This document shows positions 14,315-15,892 of a DNA stretch of 15,892 nt, piece after piece; the first letter of the stretch is position 1; each line of letters starts with the position of its first letter. Both the position numbers and the translations under genes were made by a program. The notes below the pieces were generated by a model that saw only the letters and a program-made list of their open reading frames with translations, was not told the DNA's origin and did no database searches. Source of the stretch: Candidatus Micrarchaeota archaeon (GTDB taxonomy: Archaea > Micrarchaeota > Micrarchaeia > Norongarragalinales > SBBD01); NCBI GenBank assembly GCA_043806595.1, contig JAZDGU010000049.1, forward strand, positions 1 to 15,892, read 5' to 3'.

Positions 14315-15454
14315 CTATCCCGGCTCCATGCGGTTGATTATGAAGAGCAGAATGCACATCATTACCACGATCGCGGCGAAGATTATCACGATGTATTCGA
14401 ACGGGAAGTTGCCCCCGATGAGGGGCAGCTGCGCTATGCTCGAGAGGATGGTGACGACCACGGGCCCGACGACCCCTACCATGATGTAGATGACGCTGAT
14501 GAAGTTGAGCTTCTCCGTGAAGTCGCGGACCTTCATGCGGAGCTCGAAGGCGACGTCGTCGGCGATGCTGCTTATCGTGTCCGAGAGGTTGCCTCCGGAC
14601 TTGAGCGCGCGCAGTATCTGCACGCAAGACTTCTTGAGGCCCTTGCTCTTTGTGCGCGTCATCATGCGGAGGAGCGCCTGCTCGGTGCTGTAGCCGCGCT
14701 CGATGTCAAGCTGCAGCTTGCCGAACTCCTCGCTCAGCACGCCGTAGTGAGAGTTCACGAGCGACGTCAGCGCCTTGTGGAAGCTCACTCCCGCCTTGAT
14801 CTGCGTTGCCAGCTGCCTCAGCGCGAAGGGGAGCTCGCGGTTGATCTTCGTCGCGCGCTCGTTCGCCATCATGCTCGGATAGATCAGCCCGAGGACTATC
14901 ACGAGCACCGCGGAGCAGATCGCGATGAGCGGCGTGAGCACGGTCAGGGACGCGTCGGAGAGCGCGAGGCTGATGGTGCCGAAGGCGAAGATTGAGAGTA
15001 TGAACGACGCCGTCGCGGCCGCGGAGACGATTATCAGGTACTCGTCCGGCGATATGTTGATGCCGCCGGCCTCGAGGTTCTCCTGGAGGTTCTCGCTCAG
15101 CGGGATGTCCGCGATGAAGTTAGTGACCCTGTCGATTGGCTGCTTCAGCGCGCCGTAGAATCCGCCGACCCACCCGAAGGCCGCGCCCGACCTCGATCCA
15201 GCTGTCGTGCCCGCGGCCATCTTCGTGTTGACCTTCAACGGCGCCTGCGAGTCGGTCACGCGCTCTCGTATGCTCTCAATCTTGGCGCCCAGCCTGGCCC
15301 CGGAGTGCGATTCCGTCTCCTTGGACTTCAGCCGCTTGATAATCTCGGCGACCCTCTCGTTCACCGGCTCGGAACGCCTTTCGTCGTCGACCTCGAGCTC
15401 ACGCTTCTCGACCTCCTCCTTGAGCTTGCCGAGCTTCTCCGAACCTTCCGGCAC
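14315..15454 (-). CDS. Type II secretion system F-family (TadB/TadC-like) pilus membrane platform protein
   Basis: GTG start with GAGGT SD, overlapping the ATPase stop (TAGTG). T2SS-F motifs INRELPFALRQLATQIKAGVSF, YGVLSEEF and LKSGGNLSDTISSIADD. Charged N-terminal extension. Confidence 0.92.
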   Translation of the reverse strand: MPEGSEKLGKLKEEVEKRELEVDDERRSEPVNERVAEIIKRLKSKETESHSGARLGAKIESIRERVTDSQAPLKVNTKMAAGTTAGSRSGAAFGWVGGFYGALKQPIDRVTNFIADIPLSENLQENLEAGGINISPDEYLIIVSAAATASFILSIFAFGTISLALSDASLTVLTPLIAICSAVLVIVLGLIYPSMMANERATKINRELPFALRQLATQIKAGVSFHKALTSLVNSHYGVLSEEFGKLQLDIERGYSTEQALLRMMTRTKSKGLKKSCVQILRALKSGGNLSDTISSIADDVAFELRMKVRDFTEKLNFISVIYIMVGVVGPVVVTILSSIAQLPLIGGNFPFEYIVIIFAAIVVMMCILLFIINRMEPG

Positions 15455-15891
15455 TACAATCTACCTCTCTTCTTCAGTATGTATCCCTGCGTCACCGCGC
15501 ACACCCCGGCCTGGTCGCGCACCCCGCGTTTGAGCAAATCCGCGAGGAGCACCTTCCTTTCGGCGAGCTCTGCCTCGATGTCCTTCAGCGTGAGGCCCGA
15601 GAATTCAGCAATCACCTGCAAAAAGCGTATGGGCACGCCCGTGGGGACCAGCTGGTCCTTCGCCGCATCCCAGGTGTAGACTATCTGGAGCTGCGGGCCG
15701 GTCTCGCCGCCGTCGAGGCACTCGGCGAGCTCGGTCATGCGCCTTATGACGCCCTTCCTCCGGTCGTGTATGCGGTGCTGCATGACGATGAAGTTGAGCG
15801 CGTTGAGCATGACCGGCGAGACGCTGATCGGCGGCGAGCCCAGACGGACGAGGGTCTCCTTTGCGGAGTTCGAGTGCACGGTCCCCAGGCA
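15454..15891 (-). CDS. Type IV pilus/T2SS assembly ATPase (TadA/CpaF/VirB11 family), C-terminal part (5' truncated)
   Basis: Frame is open to the window edge: CLGTVHSNSAKETLVRLGSPPISVSP (His box), then RRMTELAE, YTWDAAKD and ELAERKVLL. Upstream of two T2SS-F genes. Confidence 0.93.
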   Translation of the reverse strand, partial: CLGTVHSNSAKETLVRLGSPPISVSPVMLNALNFIVMQHRIHDRRKGVIRRMTELAECLDGGETGPQLQIVYTWDAAKDQLVPTGVPIRFLQVIAEFSGLTLKDIEAELAERKVLLADLLKRGVRDQAGVCAVTQGYILKKRGRL

Positions 15892-15892
15892 G

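Overview
GC-rich archaeal chromosomal segment. The evidence for Archaea is TATA/BRE-like promoters, class III signal peptide pilins, a COG1709-like regulator, an AbrB-PhoU regulator, a single-OB SSB and an AMMECR1 protein. A DPANN lineage such as Micrarchaeota is plausible but is only inference. From left to right the window holds: the 3' end of a Cys-rich protein gene; a SpoIIM-like membrane protein; an XRE-HTH regulator; an AbrB-PhoU regulator; an unannotated 40-aa membrane microprotein; SSB; two QxSxE-type pilin-like genes; a divergent accessory block (winged-HTH with an inserted DnaJ-like zinc finger, a stand-alone Cas2/VapD/ChrB-like protein, three orphan ORFs); a class I-type prs; a wHTH-grpE-dnaK operon; a membrane protein; AMMECR1; a displaced dnaJ; and the distal part of a Tad/type IV pilus operon (ATPase plus two TadB/TadC-like proteins). 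I saw no tRNA, rRNA, CRISPR array, integrase or transposase. The two best leads are the wHTH-zinc-finger plus Cas2-like gene pair (4744-5710) and a candidate heat-shock regulator with a palindromic site in front of grpE-dnaK (7879-8356). All family calls come from reading motifs by eye, not from database searches.
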